In this document: positions 10,401-19,341 of the stretch, one piece after another | How the letters are laid out: every line of letters starts with the position of its first letter | How positions within the stretch are numbered: position 1 is the first letter of the stretch | NCBI GenBank assembly: GCA_049322575.1 | Contig: JBMORQ010000015.1 | Span: forward strand, 13,373 to 77,372 | Direction of reading: 5' to 3' | Length of the DNA stretch: 64,000 nucleotides | Source of the DNA: Patescibacteria group bacterium | GTDB lineage: Bacteria; Patescibacteriota; Microgenomatia; UBA1400; PJMF01 | Notes under the pieces: model-generated | What the model saw: the letters and a program-made list of their open reading frames with translations, nothing else | What the model was told of the DNA's origin: nothing | Database searches by the model: none | Position numbers and translations under genes: made by a program

Positions 10401-10596
10401 GACGAGCGCATTCTCATATGTCTTTTTTGATCAAAAACAAGCTGGTTATCTCAATAATTCATTAAAGACATATTTATCATATCTACCAACAATGACTCCA
10501 GAGATCATTGCGCCAAAAGCAACTGTTGAGGGTGATTTAGTAATGTTTGAACCCGATAACAAAGGACACGCTTTTGTTGGCGTGAGTTTTGAATAA
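7444..10596 (+). CDS. Large (1050 aa) membrane-anchored protein of unknown function, possibly DUF4012-like
   Basis: A single central transmembrane helix (VLFYSGVVVISLGLLIMSLIGV). The ELRPTGGFIQSV motif resembles the signature I recall for DUF4012 proteins that are common in CPR and Actinobacteria; this is from memory and has not been searched. Confidence 0.4.
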   Translation: MSLIIEQVTKQPLVVIIGQTTPFLGLLTQAMRQKSLDCKIFLPTDIKSLKNCLENEQESLYKIIFDITSTENGQNSLDEILNTITAYGHITTIIAKRQTTFHGSDDFYKENLSEQEHHLSQIHIVRQNLPNSQLFVGQDVVFSHSPISYPLKFFVLNLKNLILFNPDQEIYLQSDESFLRSFLPQITKPHKSQTIVFRGQKQESLKWLEIIQTSYEQYFHKKTQIINLVSNVIKPESSEYYSNDDVLNNQYLEQEIIVTTPDVNIEDVVDRWVRILPSHLGELTLKDRIVGAEKKTTEALIKPNSQLINSQQLFQNINEAKKTAQGLLNTAKTSVKTISDQLVTHSPTHHNLLLKKTPINQQKNDVNLLKRSFIDKRQNSHVNIDQQETFVENISQLETDKIKNQSEQENITIDNQLTQIFGKNRQCFAKKRLSFKTGVTKKIIAKSKKNRVLFYSGVVVISLGLLIMSLIGVYQTTLGQAVKNVSILIQSPNQTPTDGESRWLSLLERQIVFYENILEEDFFIDAKTLLKVSRSLKQSRQQLDQYLQKVGNVFQKIVLTGDNSEEDVKQLMAQAQTAYETLSYFQADLGEVNLQAFSAENQGVFQQQQDQIELQREKLSQYSQIQNILEGFLGFEQQKTYAVLIQNNLELRPTGGFIQSVLILTFDKGNLINSQTFSVYEIDNRLPSEIKPPDELERILGEKRWFLRDSNWDPDFPTTAKRVEWFINESLGIKLDGVIALNYDSIRQILSETGSLELAALQETITEKNFFERILFHSGSELSASQQPGSDYYSLLAKELVRRTTILEGDKAAQFLSVLHDSFNQKQSLIYLNDESLQQSVRTLGWDGGLVEPECPSRFASSDCYVDVIFQVEANVGLNKVNNSVYRDISHSINIQPNVVKHKRIVKYQNKSRSITWPEGNYRAYVKFYTNQDSKLISIEMNDKQLLPNEMSQETDKGRRVFGLLIDVPKGEELLLELNYQVPTNKTSAFSYVFFDQKQAGYLNNSLKTYLSYLPTMTPEIIAPKATVEGDLVMFEPDNKGHAFVGVSFE

Positions 10597-10994
10597 TCCT
10601 TGCCCAATTGTTTGGTCAACCCATGGAGAACCTCTTACCAGGTGATGATTGTCTGACTTATGTTTTGTTGAGTGTATGAAGAAGTACGACTGTAAGAAAA
10701 TATAGTACTTTGAGAGTAATAAACACTTAGTTGTAACTGGGTATTTTGTAGTGATAAGTGGGATAAAATCCGCGGGTGTTGTTCAAAAGTCCCCCCAGAT
10801 CAATTAATTTTCACGTGCAGTTTTTAACCTCAAGAAATCAGGTGAGGATTTGGCAATTTTTTTCGTGAAAAAACTTTAAAGCTCCCCCAAGAAACCTAGC
10901 GCCTTTGGACGGACGTGATAGAATGGATTTTCGTTAGAACATTTTTAACGATATTATAAGAAATAATTATATAAATTTAAAAGAGAAGAGAGAT

Positions 10995-11663
10995 ATGAAT
11001 AAAATCGTCTTAAAAACCAGCCTAAGAGAGAAAACAGAAAAAAGCAAGCACCTTAGAACCACCGGACAGATTCCAGCCAGCTATTATGTAAAGGGGGACG
11101 AGTCAAAAGATCTTAAGGTCACCGCCAAAGATTTTAAGAAAACTTATGGTTTGGTTGGAGATAGTGGTTTATTGTATTTAGAAATTGACCAAGAAAAACG
11201 TCAAAAACCTGTTTTGGTGGGAGAAGTCCAGCATGATTCGCTATCTGGAGCAGTTTTACATGTGGCTTTTAGGGGAGTTGACCTTAAGGACAAGATTAAA
11301 GCCGAAATTCCTGTTGAAATCGTTGGGGAGTTTGGATTGAAGGATGCTGATCTGGTGACGTTAAAAAACACCATCGAGGTTGAGGCACTACCAACCGATT
11401 TGCCAGAAAAATTCGAGATTGATGTCTCAAAATTGACCGAAGTTGGACAAACAGTTACTTTAGCTGATCTGGATTATGATAAAGAGAAAGTTGAATTAGT
11501 GTTGAGTGATGAGGGTACAGACTCCGTTGTGGTGATGGCCCAGGAGCACCATGAGGTTGTGGAAGAGGAGCCAGCTCAAGTAGAATCAACCGAAGAATCC
11601 ACCGAGGCTACAGCGACAACTGGCCAGCAAACAGATGAAACAAGCTCAGCACAAGCAGACTAA
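10995..11663 (+). CDS. rplY: 50S ribosomal protein L25 / general stress protein Ctc form
   Basis: An L25-like N-terminus (KTSLREKTEKSKHLRTTGQIPASYYVKGDE) followed by an acidic C-terminal extension, as in Ctc-type L25. Confidence 0.8.
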   Translation: MNKIVLKTSLREKTEKSKHLRTTGQIPASYYVKGDESKDLKVTAKDFKKTYGLVGDSGLLYLEIDQEKRQKPVLVGEVQHDSLSGAVLHVAFRGVDLKDKIKAEIPVEIVGEFGLKDADLVTLKNTIEVEALPTDLPEKFEIDVSKLTEVGQTVTLADLDYDKEKVELVLSDEGTDSVVVMAQEHHEVVEEEPAQVESTEESTEATATTGQQTDETSSAQAD

Positions 11664-11682
11664 AAGTTTGTTCGAAATCTAA

Positions 11683-11844
11683 TAGACTTGTAGTGAAATA
11701 GCATTTTATTACGAAACTGTTTTTAAGTACTGCAAAGGCTTTTTTATTGCTCGAGGTAACTCTTGTTACTACTTCGCTCAAAAAAACCCTTTTCGTTCAA
11801 AAAAATCAGTTTTTCACTCCAAATTTTATTTCGCTACGGGTCTA
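11683..11844. repeat. Full-length copy (about 162 bp) of the dispersed repeat with terminal inverted repeats TAGACTTGTAGTGAAATA ... TATTTCGCTACGGGTCTA
   Basis: Its reverse complement aligns nearly end-to-end with the copy at 50348-50510, including the shared internal block gatttttttgaacgaaaagggtttttttgagcgaagtagta. Confidence 0.75.
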
Positions 11845-12286
11845 ATCTGGAAATTAAAGGAGAATTGGGATAGATCTCCACTGCTTTGTTTATTAGTTGC
11901 TGATTGTCGTCGCTATTTTGCTCGAGAAGTTGTTTTTCTATGGCCAAATTAAGCAGTAAAGCTTGATGAGTTGGTTGAATTTGTAGGACTTTCTTGCTTT
12001 TTTCAACATGTTGTTTGAGTTGCTCGTACGAGAGCAACTCTTCTTGGTTAATTAAATCTTGATTAATGATTTTAGGATAGGGCATTTGAATAATTTTCTG
12101 ACCGGGGGATTCGACCTTTAATTGATTAAAAAAATAAACGATTGAGAAGATAAAAATAGCAATCGAGACAAAAAGAATTTTTAAGTGTGAGATCTTGGTA
12201 AGTGCAAGCTGTAGTAAAAAACCAGCCAAAGAAAGAATTAGCCGAAAAACAAGAAAAAAGTAGCTGAGTAGATCGGGTGTGGGCAC
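11834..12286 (-). CDS. Hypothetical membrane protein (150 aa)
   Basis: An ORF with two N-terminal hydrophobic helices; its last codons overlap the repeat's terminal inverted repeat. No recognisable family. Confidence 0.4.
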   Translation of the reverse strand: MPTPDLLSYFFLVFRLILSLAGFLLQLALTKISHLKILFVSIAIFIFSIVYFFNQLKVESPGQKIIQMPYPKIINQDLINQEELLSYEQLKQHVEKSKKVLQIQPTHQALLLNLAIEKQLLEQNSDDNQQLINKAVEIYPNSPLISRLDP

Positions 12287-12371
12287 GACTTTAATAAACC
12301 TCTTTAAAACTTTACATAGAACTAATGGTTCTTGTTAAAAAACAGCCTTTAAAAATAGATTTCCAGCACAA

Positions 12372-12410
12372 TAGACTTGTGGTGAAATAACATTTTTATT
12401 ACAAATGTAG
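12372..12410. repeat. Partial copy of the dispersed repeat (left terminal inverted repeat TAGACTTGTGGTGAAATAACATTTTTATTAC)
   Basis: It directly abuts the valS stop codon at 12411 and matches the first 35 nt or so of the long copies. Confidence 0.6.
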
Positions 12411-14741
12411 TTATCTTGGCCAGTAACTGGTAATTAACAACTTTTCTTTTACCAGCTTATTATTCCATAAAACTTGCCAAATGGCTTCTGTCACAAAGGG
12501 CATAAATGGATGCAGAAGTTTGACAAAAACCTCAAGTCCTCTTACAAGCACCGGAATCGAGATTTCTCTCTGCTTGGCCTGTTCAATTTTTTGGTCGCAG
12601 AACCAATGCCAAAATTCGTTATAAATTCTTTCGGCTGCCAAGCCAACTTGATAATTGTTTAAATTATTTGTTAACTCAATTACCAATTGATCTAAATGCT
12701 CTTGAAACTCCATGTCACCGGGGTATTCTGAGGACGTTGGGTTATTGGATGCATTTTTCTGATCGGATTTTTCTGCTTCAAGCATGAGAAGAGTAAAGCG
12801 GGCGGCATTCCATAGTTTGTTCGTGAGATTGCGCGCTGCTTTAAAGTCTGAGTCACCAACAGATTTATCTAAACCAGCGGACGAACGAATAACTAGTGCC
12901 ATTCTGAGTGCGTCAGCACCGTATTTTTCGGTTATTTCAAGGGGGTTGACTACGTTGCCCTTACTCTTGCTCATTTTTTGGCCCTTTTGATCTCTAACAA
13001 GGCCATGTAGGTAAACATCGCTAAAAGGCAACTGGTTGGTGACAAAGCGCCCCATCATCAACATTCTCATTACCCAGAAGGGCAGGATATCGTAACCAGT
13101 CTCCATGACTTGGGTTGGGTAGAATTGGTCAAAATCACCGGGCTTGGTTGTTTTCAGGGTAACAAAAGGCCACTGCGAAGAAGAAAACCAAGTGTCAAAA
13201 GTGTCTGTTTCTTGAAGATAATTATCTCCTGGTTGGTTGAGACTAATAGTGTATGGGGCTTCGATTGGAGCAGTGAGTGATTGTAAACCAGAGGAAATCT
13301 CCTCAAGCGTATGGCCAACACCCATAAGATCACCAACTTTTCCGGAGATCTTATTTTTTGTTTGATCGATGAATGTCACTTGAACTTCTGGGCATTCCAC
13401 AACGTTATACCAGACTGGCATGCGAATTCCCCAGACAATTTGACGTGAAATGTTCCAATCTTGAAGGTTTTCTAGCCAATGTTTAAGGATTTTGTCGTGT
13501 CCAGCTCCATGTACTCTGATTTCTCGTCTCTTCAATGAATCAAGAATTGGTTGTGTGAGAGGTTTAACCTGGATATAAAACTGGGGTAGGGGGAGAGGCT
13601 CGATGATTGTTTGACAACGATAACAAACTCCAATGTTATTTTTATAATTATCCTGAACTTTCTCCAAGAGACCTTTTTCTAGTAGGGCCTCAACGATTTG
13701 AGGTCGAGCAACATGGGCTTTAAGACCAGCATAGGGTCCGGCAATCTCTGTGAGCCTGCCGCTATAATCAATAGCCATTTTTGGATGTGGCATTTCATCT
13801 TTGTGTCTTTGCCAAGCTTCAAAGTCATTAAAATCGTGGAAAGGTGTTATTTTTACCACCCCAGTGCCAAACTCAGGGTCAACAAACTCGTCCGCAACCA
13901 CTTTGAGTTTAAATTTCCCAAGTAAACCATCGCATTCAATTTCTTGTCCAACATATTGTTGGTAGCGTTTGTCTTGAGGATGAACGGCGACAGCTGTGTC
14001 GGCGAATTTTGTTTCTGGTCTGGTTGTGGCGAGGGTAAAAGGGCCGTATTTTATATAGTAGAGTTTGGTTAAGTTTTCTTGATGTGAAACCTCAAGGTTG
14101 CTAAAAGCCGTGCCACATTTTGTACAATAATTAACAAGGCGATTTTCCCGATAAATCAATCCTTTTTCTTTTAACAAAATAAAAGTCTGTAAAACCTCTT
14201 GAACCACACTCTTGTCTAAAGTAAATTTGTAGCGACTCCAATCGGCACTTGCCCCAAGTTTTTTGATCTGGTTAATAGCCAAATCAGAGTTTTCCTGAAC
14301 ATAATCCCAGATCATTTGATATAGCGTTTCTCGGTCAAACTGGAAACGGCTTTGTCCTTGTTTTTTTAGTTTCTTTTCAAAAACAAATTGTGTTTCAATT
14401 CCCGCGTGATCTGTTCCAGGCAGCCAAAGGGTTTTATCACCAAGCATGCGGTGATACCTGATCAGGATGTCCTCAAGAGCTACAAACATAGCGTGGCCGA
14501 TGTGCAATGGATCATTGGCATTTGGAGGGGGCATGATAATGCAAAAAGGCTTGCGGAGACTTTGTTTTTCTAATGGTTTAAGTGGTGAATTGTTTTGGTT
14601 TATTCCAGAGTCAGATGAGTGGTTCCTATGCACATTAATTGCGTCAGGATCAAATGCTTGTGCCTCTTCCCACAATTCATAGATTTTTGACTCGTGAAGC
14701 GAGTGCTCATATCGTTTGTCCATATCTGGTGATTGTAGCAT
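12411..14741 (-). CDS. valS: Valyl-tRNA synthetase, short form (776 aa)
   Basis: A class I HIGH motif in the ValRS context (PPPNANDPLHIGHA), the KMSKSKGN motif, and a DWNISRQIVWG..P.WY editing/anticodon signature that matches ValRS (DWCISRQ). Confidence 0.85.
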   Translation of the reverse strand: MLQSPDMDKRYEHSLHESKIYELWEEAQAFDPDAINVHRNHSSDSGINQNNSPLKPLEKQSLRKPFCIIMPPPNANDPLHIGHAMFVALEDILIRYHRMLGDKTLWLPGTDHAGIETQFVFEKKLKKQGQSRFQFDRETLYQMIWDYVQENSDLAINQIKKLGASADWSRYKFTLDKSVVQEVLQTFILLKEKGLIYRENRLVNYCTKCGTAFSNLEVSHQENLTKLYYIKYGPFTLATTRPETKFADTAVAVHPQDKRYQQYVGQEIECDGLLGKFKLKVVADEFVDPEFGTGVVKITPFHDFNDFEAWQRHKDEMPHPKMAIDYSGRLTEIAGPYAGLKAHVARPQIVEALLEKGLLEKVQDNYKNNIGVCYRCQTIIEPLPLPQFYIQVKPLTQPILDSLKRREIRVHGAGHDKILKHWLENLQDWNISRQIVWGIRMPVWYNVVECPEVQVTFIDQTKNKISGKVGDLMGVGHTLEEISSGLQSLTAPIEAPYTISLNQPGDNYLQETDTFDTWFSSSQWPFVTLKTTKPGDFDQFYPTQVMETGYDILPFWVMRMLMMGRFVTNQLPFSDVYLHGLVRDQKGQKMSKSKGNVVNPLEITEKYGADALRMALVIRSSAGLDKSVGDSDFKAARNLTNKLWNAARFTLLMLEAEKSDQKNASNNPTSSEYPGDMEFQEHLDQLVIELTNNLNNYQVGLAAERIYNEFWHWFCDQKIEQAKQREISIPVLVRGLEVFVKLLHPFMPFVTEAIWQVLWNNKLVKEKLLITSYWPR

Positions 14742-14799
14742 AAAGATGATTATTTGGCCGAGATGCGATTTTGCAACACAAGTGGTTTAAAATATCAAT

Positions 14800-15453
14800 A
14801 TGAGCCCAATAAAGCACCAATCTAAAACCAGTCTTAACAAACCAAATCTTGTCTGGGTTGATCAGCACGATCGGGTAGTAGGAGAGGGCAATTTAATTCT
14901 GACACACACAATTCCGGCGCGCCTACATCGGGCAATTTCAGTGTTTTATTTCCGGCTGAAAGCGGGAAGAGTGGAGTTGCTTTGCCAACAAAGAAGCGCT
15001 ACTAAGATTGTTGCAGCTGGCCAATGGGCAAACACCACCTGCGGAAATGTTTGGGTGAATGAGTCGTTTGTTGCTTGTGCCAAACGTCGTTTGAAAGATG
15101 AGCTTGGGTTGGAGGGTGTGACTCTCAACCCTCTATTGAAATTCCACTACCAGGTCGATTGTAATGAAAAGTATGGCGAAAATGAACTAGACCAACTCTT
15201 TGCGGCAATAACTGATGACCATGATATATTGGTTGAACCAAACCCAATTGAGGTTGAGAGAACAGCCTGGCTAGATTGGTGGGAATTACGAAAAGCATTT
15301 TCAAACAGACAACCAATGAAATATTCCGGTGGAGTGATTAATATGTCACTCAATATTGATGGAAAAAAAGAAAAGTTGACCCTTGCTCCTTGGTTTGAGA
15401 TTATGATGAGTAAAAAAGAGATAATCGACCGTCTTAACAGACTTTTTGCATAA
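14800..15453 (+). CDS. idi: Isopentenyl-diphosphate delta-isomerase, type 1 (Nudix fold)
   Basis: Contains HRAISVFYF...LLCQQRSATKIVAAGQWANTTCGNVWVNESFVACAKRRLKDELGL, which matches the type 1 IDI core (HRAFS..lLlQrR...K..fPg.wtNtcC.HP..gE...A..RRL.EELGi). Confidence 0.7.
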   Translation: MSPIKHQSKTSLNKPNLVWVDQHDRVVGEGNLILTHTIPARLHRAISVFYFRLKAGRVELLCQQRSATKIVAAGQWANTTCGNVWVNESFVACAKRRLKDELGLEGVTLNPLLKFHYQVDCNEKYGENELDQLFAAITDDHDILVEPNPIEVERTAWLDWWELRKAFSNRQPMKYSGGVINMSLNIDGKKEKLTLAPWFEIMMSKKEIIDRLNRLFA

Positions 15454-15571
15454 TAACACTTTATGGCAGAATCTTAATCTCGATGAAGACTAATTAATTC
15501 GCGTCTCTTTAAATCCGGCTCACATTCCCTCGTTCGAGACGAGGAGGTGATTTGCTAAACAGAAAGGAAAT

Positions 15572-16273
15572 ATGAGCACCCCACAACACATCGCCATCAT
15601 CATGGACGGAAATCGGCGTTGGGCAAGACGGCACGGCCTAGAGATTGTTCAGGGGCATCGAAAAATGACCGACGAGATGATAGAAAGATTGGTAGATCAC
15701 GCCATCCTGCGCGGTGTTAAGTATTTAACCCTCTGGGGGTTCAGTACTGAGAACTGGAATCGCTCGCCAAAAGAAGTTGATGATTTAATGATGCTTTTCC
15801 GAGAATTGTTCACACGCAATGCACAGCCTCTACATGAGAAAGGCGTGCGCATTAATCATTTGGGTGACCCAAGTCGTTTCGCCCCGGATATCCAAGAACA
15901 AATGGCATATTGGCAGGAAAAAACAAAAAATAATCAAACAATCACTGTTTCTCTGGCTTTAAACTATGGTGGTCGAGATGAAATTTTGAGAGCTGTGCAG
16001 AAAATTACCAAAGAGGTTAAAGTCGGCAATCTTGATCCCGATCAAAAGATGGATGTAGCCGCTTTTTCGAGTTATCTAGATACTCACGACTTGCCAGATC
16101 CAGAAATAATTATTAGGCCCGGTGGTGAAAAGCGACTATCTGGTTTTTTATTATGGCAGATGGAGTATGCTGAGTTGTATTTTCCAGATGTGCTAATGCC
16201 AGATTTTGACGAAAAACAACTCGATCTAGTCATCGATGACTTTGAAAAGCGTAGTCGTCGTTTCGGTAAATAG
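15572..16273 (+). CDS. uppS: Undecaprenyl diphosphate synthase (cis-prenyltransferase)
   Basis: The canonical HIAIIMDGNRRWA start, followed by GHR and LTLWGFSTENWNR motifs. Confidence 0.9.
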   Translation: MSTPQHIAIIMDGNRRWARRHGLEIVQGHRKMTDEMIERLVDHAILRGVKYLTLWGFSTENWNRSPKEVDDLMMLFRELFTRNAQPLHEKGVRINHLGDPSRFAPDIQEQMAYWQEKTKNNQTITVSLALNYGGRDEILRAVQKITKEVKVGNLDPDQKMDVAAFSSYLDTHDLPDPEIIIRPGGEKRLSGFLLWQMEYAELYFPDVLMPDFDEKQLDLVIDDFEKRSRRFGK

Positions 16274-16277
16274 CAAG

Positions 16278-16721
16278 CTATTGCCAGTTGGTATCAGAGG
16301 TGGGGACTACAAAATGCAGAATACTTTTTACGCCGGTAAAATCAGCCACCACGTTGAGAATAATAAAAGACGAAAGAGCTAAAACTAAGCCAGCAAAGGC
16401 AAAAAGCATGGTTTTACCAGCTTTTTGTGTAGCTTGAGAATCACCACCAGATAGTTGCCACTGAAGGGCTCCCCAGACAAGCATAATGAAGCCAGCAATT
16501 CCTAAAAGAGTTAAAGAGACAGAAAGAACGTTGGCAATCAAACACTGGAGGCCCTGAATCGTTGGAACAGACGAGTCAGTAGGAGAGACGCAAACACCCG
16601 TCCAGGTGTTGCTTGCTGCCCAAGCAACTTTTGGTTGAAAAAGCATGGTCGCTGTAGTGCTAAAAAAAGCAATTAGACGATTTTTTGAGACGTTTTTCAT
16701 GACAGGTTGATTATATACCAA
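16278..16721 (-). CDS. Pilin-like two-helix membrane protein, paralog 1 of a 7-gene array (putative T4SS pilin/VirB2-like)
   Basis: A signal peptide (cleaved after AWA), two hydrophobic helices, and a variant of the array's loop motif (WQLSGGDSQATQKAGK). Confidence 0.5.
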   Translation of the reverse strand: MVYNQPVMKNVSKNRLIAFFSTTATMLFQPKVAWAASNTWTGVCVSPTDSSVPTIQGLQCLIANVLSVSLTLLGIAGFIMLVWGALQWQLSGGDSQATQKAGKTMLFAFAGLVLALSSFIILNVVADFTGVKSILHFVVPTSDTNWQ

Positions 16722-16763
16722 AACCCCGCCTTGCGGCGGGGTTCATCAAACAAACTGAATATC

Positions 16764-17084
16764 TTAGTTACCGTGAATATTTGTGGTGCTATCAAAAACT
16801 TGATTAATACCGCCATCAAAGCCCAAGAAATTAAGAGCTAAGGTGAGAATGGCGTATGAAGAAGCCAAAACAACTAAGCCGATAACAGAAGCAGTAAGCT
16901 TGTTTCTAGCTGACTCAGTTTTACCCTTATCACCGCCACTGGCGATCCATTCAATACTTCCGTAAATTAGGAAGCCGAAGGCTAAAACAGCGGCAATGAC
17001 CATAACAAAGGTCAACAAAGCACTAAAAAGAGTGCCGAAGTTTGTGGCCCAGCCTGTTCCGAGACTAATTTCTATATCTCTCAT
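16764..17084 (-). CDS. Pilin-like two-helix membrane protein, paralog 2
   Basis: Two transmembrane helices flanking the loop motif EWIASGGDKGKTESARNK. Confidence 0.55.
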   Translation of the reverse strand: MRDIEISLGTGWATNFGTLFSALLTFVMVIAAVLAFGFLIYGSIEWIASGGDKGKTESARNKLTASVIGLVVLASSYAILTLALNFLGFDGGINQVFDSTTNIHGN

Positions 17085-17274
17085 TTCTCTCCTTTTTTCT
17101 TATACTCTAACTAATAATTATACCAAGAGTTGTTTCTTTAAGTCAAATAGCTCTCCTGCGAACTAAAAATTTGCAATAAAGGTGTGATTACGCAGGAAAT
17201 CTAACACCTGTCATATGAGTCTTATTTATGTGTTGTTAGTTGTTATTTTTTTTAATAATTATCTTATTATTGAC

Positions 17275-17637
17275 TTAGACACTCGGCTGACAAGTGCCTC
17301 CAAAATCTATAACACAGACATCTAAAAAGTCTTGCAAAAGTATAAACACGGCGCTTATGCTTGCTAGGGCTATTAGGCCAATAACCGACTGAGTGATGCG
17401 GGTACGCGCCTTATCAACTTTCCCCTTATCACCACCGGCACTTATCCACTCAATTGCTCCCCAGACCATAAATCCAAAAGACAAGAGTGCGGCAATGGTA
17501 AAAACTAAACTTAAGACACCACTAAACATCACTGCGAAGCCTTTTTTGGGATCAGCTGCCGTCTGGTAGCCGGGTAGTTTTTGGCTAACTGCCTCTTTGG
17601 TAAAATCCAGAGTTTGAGCGATGAGCTGAGTTTTCAT
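17275..17637 (-). CDS. Pilin-like two-helix membrane protein, paralog 3
   Basis: Two transmembrane helices flanking the loop motif EWISAGGDKGKVDKARTR. Confidence 0.55.
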   Translation of the reverse strand: MKTQLIAQTLDFTKEAVSQKLPGYQTAADPKKGFAVMFSGVLSLVFTIAALLSFGFMVWGAIEWISAGGDKGKVDKARTRITQSVIGLIALASISAVFILLQDFLDVCVIDFGGTCQPSV

Positions 17638-17686
17638 ATGGTTTTTGTTAATACTTGTTTTACTTTTAAAGTGTCAATTATTTGTA

Positions 17687-18112
17687 CTAAATAGCATTGC
17701 CAACTCCAGGGAAAGTCAGCTTTAGAATATCAAAGTTATCATCAAAAAGTAGTTTGCCTAGGAAGCCAATAAGGGTAAATGAGCCCACCAGCAAGAACAG
17801 ACCGATTGCTGAATTGAAGATCTTTTGTCGGGCTTTATCGACCTTGCCTGAGTCGCCACCCGAGGTAATCCACTCAACAGTGCCAAAAACAAACATACCA
17901 ATGACAATCAATGCACCAAAAGTGATCGCTGTATTCCAGAGGTAAACAAAGTACTTGGTAAAAATCACGCCAGACTCGGCTTTTTTGACGTTGTCGCCCA
18001 AATCCTTGTCAATGACTGGGTTTTTGATTTGTGCTAGAGCAACCTTGGCAGTTAGTGCCCAGAATGAAAAAGCAGAAAAAAGTGCGGTTTTGATTTTTAA
18101 ATTGTTTTTCAT
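17687..18112 (-). CDS. Pilin-like two-helix membrane protein, paralog 4
   Basis: A signal peptide (cleaved after ALAQ) and two transmembrane helices flanking the loop motif EWITSGGDSGKVDKARQK. Confidence 0.55.
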   Translation of the reverse strand: MKNNLKIKTALFSAFSFWALTAKVALAQIKNPVIDKDLGDNVKKAESGVIFTKYFVYLWNTAITFGALIVIGMFVFGTVEWITSGGDSGKVDKARQKIFNSAIGLFLLVGSFTLIGFLGKLLFDDNFDILKLTFPGVGNAI

Positions 18113-18117
18113 ATCGT

Positions 18118-18507
18118 TTATCCAGTAACCAACTCCTTGATCATTTTTGCTGGCCTGAGAAGCTCAACACCAATGATGGTGCCAATTAAACCGATTACGC
18201 CATATGCGGCGACGATGATGATTAAACCGATCGCGCCCTGGATCATCTTGTCTCTGGCTTTTTGGGCTTTGCCCGAATCACCACCTGCGTTGATCCACTC
18301 AATGCAGGCAACAACAAAATAGACTACGTAGAAGATTCCACCTAGAATGGTGAGCACCCCGATAATATTGGAAATAATTGTCTCTCCGTTTTTCAAGGCT
18401 GTTTCGTTGTTAATCGAGCCTTGGTTGTATTTTGCACTGGGTGGAGTAATATCACCCAGTTTTACAGCAAGTTGATTTGAGAGTTTTGACATATTAAATT
18501 TCCTCAA
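18118..18507 (-). CDS. Pilin-like two-helix membrane protein, paralog 5
   Basis: Two transmembrane helices flanking the loop motif EWINAGGDSGKAQKARDK; it overlaps the upstream paralog by 14 nt. Confidence 0.55.
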   Translation of the reverse strand: MRKFNMSKLSNQLAVKLGDITPPSAKYNQGSINNETALKNGETIISNIIGVLTILGGIFYVVYFVVACIEWINAGGDSGKAQKARDKMIQGAIGLIIIVAAYGVIGLIGTIIGVELLRPAKMIKELVTG

Positions 18508-18937
18508 AGGTTGGACTCAGAATATACGAGGCGCTGCCAAATACGATGTAGCTAATTATGCCAGTAATTGTGTATGCGGTCACGATTAGCACCAGGCCGA
18601 CAACGCTCATGGTCAATTTATTTGAGATTTTGCTGGAGGTGTTGGAATCACCAGCGCCGGAAATATACATCCAACCAGCGGCGATAAAGTTAAATAGCAC
18701 CCAGATTCCCGCTGCAATGGTTGCAATACGGATCAGGGTTGAGATAAATGGAATAATACCGATTCCACCAGCTCTGGAGTTGTATACTTCTACTCCTGGT
18801 GGTGCTTCAATATCTCCAAAAACGCTTTGAGCTTGAGCCAGCCCAGAAAGACTGACAAACAAAACCGCGGCGATTGCGAAGGAGTTTTTTATTTTGTTGA
18901 GAAAATGTTGATTTCTTTTTTGCATTTGATTTTTCAT
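18494..18937 (-). CDS. Pilin-like two-helix membrane protein, paralog 6
   Basis: A signal peptide (cleaved after AQAQS) and two transmembrane helices with a degenerate loop motif (MYISGAGDSNTSSKISNK). Confidence 0.5.
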   Translation of the reverse strand: MKNQMQKRNQHFLNKIKNSFAIAAVLFVSLSGLAQAQSVFGDIEAPPGVEVYNSRAGGIGIIPFISTLIRIATIAAGIWVLFNFIAAGWMYISGAGDSNTSSKISNKLTMSVVGLVLIVTAYTITGIISYIVFGSASYILSPTFEEI

Positions 18938-18959
18938 TTATGCCTGACAAAGCATAGCA

Positions 18960-19307
18960 CTAACCAATTACTTTTACTTTCGTGATTAGTTCAACCACCT
19001 GAACGATCCAATAAGCAGCAAACATGATGATTAGGCCGATGGTAGCTGTTGTCATAATGGTTTTTGCTTCATCTTTACCTTTTGATTCATCTTTAAGGAA
19101 CTTAAAGCCAGAAATAATTATCAGGACGAAAAGGATGAATCCAGCAATGACAAACATGTTGCTAACAGCTAGATTTACCAACTTAGAAAGGTCAGAATAT
19201 TGGGAGGCGACAGTGGTGCCATCGCTCAGTTCCAAACAGTCAGCAAGATTTATTCCAGCTGAACCAGGATTGCAGGCGGCATAGACTTTTGACACAATCT
19301 CTACCAT
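18960..19307 (-). CDS. Pilin-like two-helix membrane protein, paralog 7 (most divergent)
   Basis: The same size class and two-helix topology; the loop reads FKFLKDESKGKDEAK and lacks the GGD motif. It is the first gene of the array, lying nearest the divergent ECF sigma gene. Confidence 0.45.
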   Translation of the reverse strand: MVEIVSKVYAACNPGSAGINLADCLELSDGTTVASQYSDLSKLVNLAVSNMFVIAGFILFVLIIISGFKFLKDESKGKDEAKTIMTTATIGLIIMFAAYWIVQVVELITKVKVIG

Positions 19308-19341
19308 ATCAAGATGGTATTATACAAGAAACGTTTAAATC

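Noticed and set aside
10597-10994. Tested the long rplY-upstream spacer for tmRNA, RNase P RNA or SRP RNA
   Set aside because: No tag-reading frame ending in ..ALAA plus a tRNA-like 3' end, no GGAAAGUCCGG-type RNase P P4 motif, and no SRP domain-IV GNAR/GGAA loop context could be found by eye. It is left as an unexplained spacer.
12474-14682. Five ORFs of 60-75 aa on the + strand inside valS (12474-12662, 12784-12990, 13698-13925, 14388-14573, 14467-14682)
   Set aside because: They lie fully antisense to a well-supported 776-aa synthetase gene with strong motifs, and they have no start context or family resemblance. They are typical shadow ORFs.
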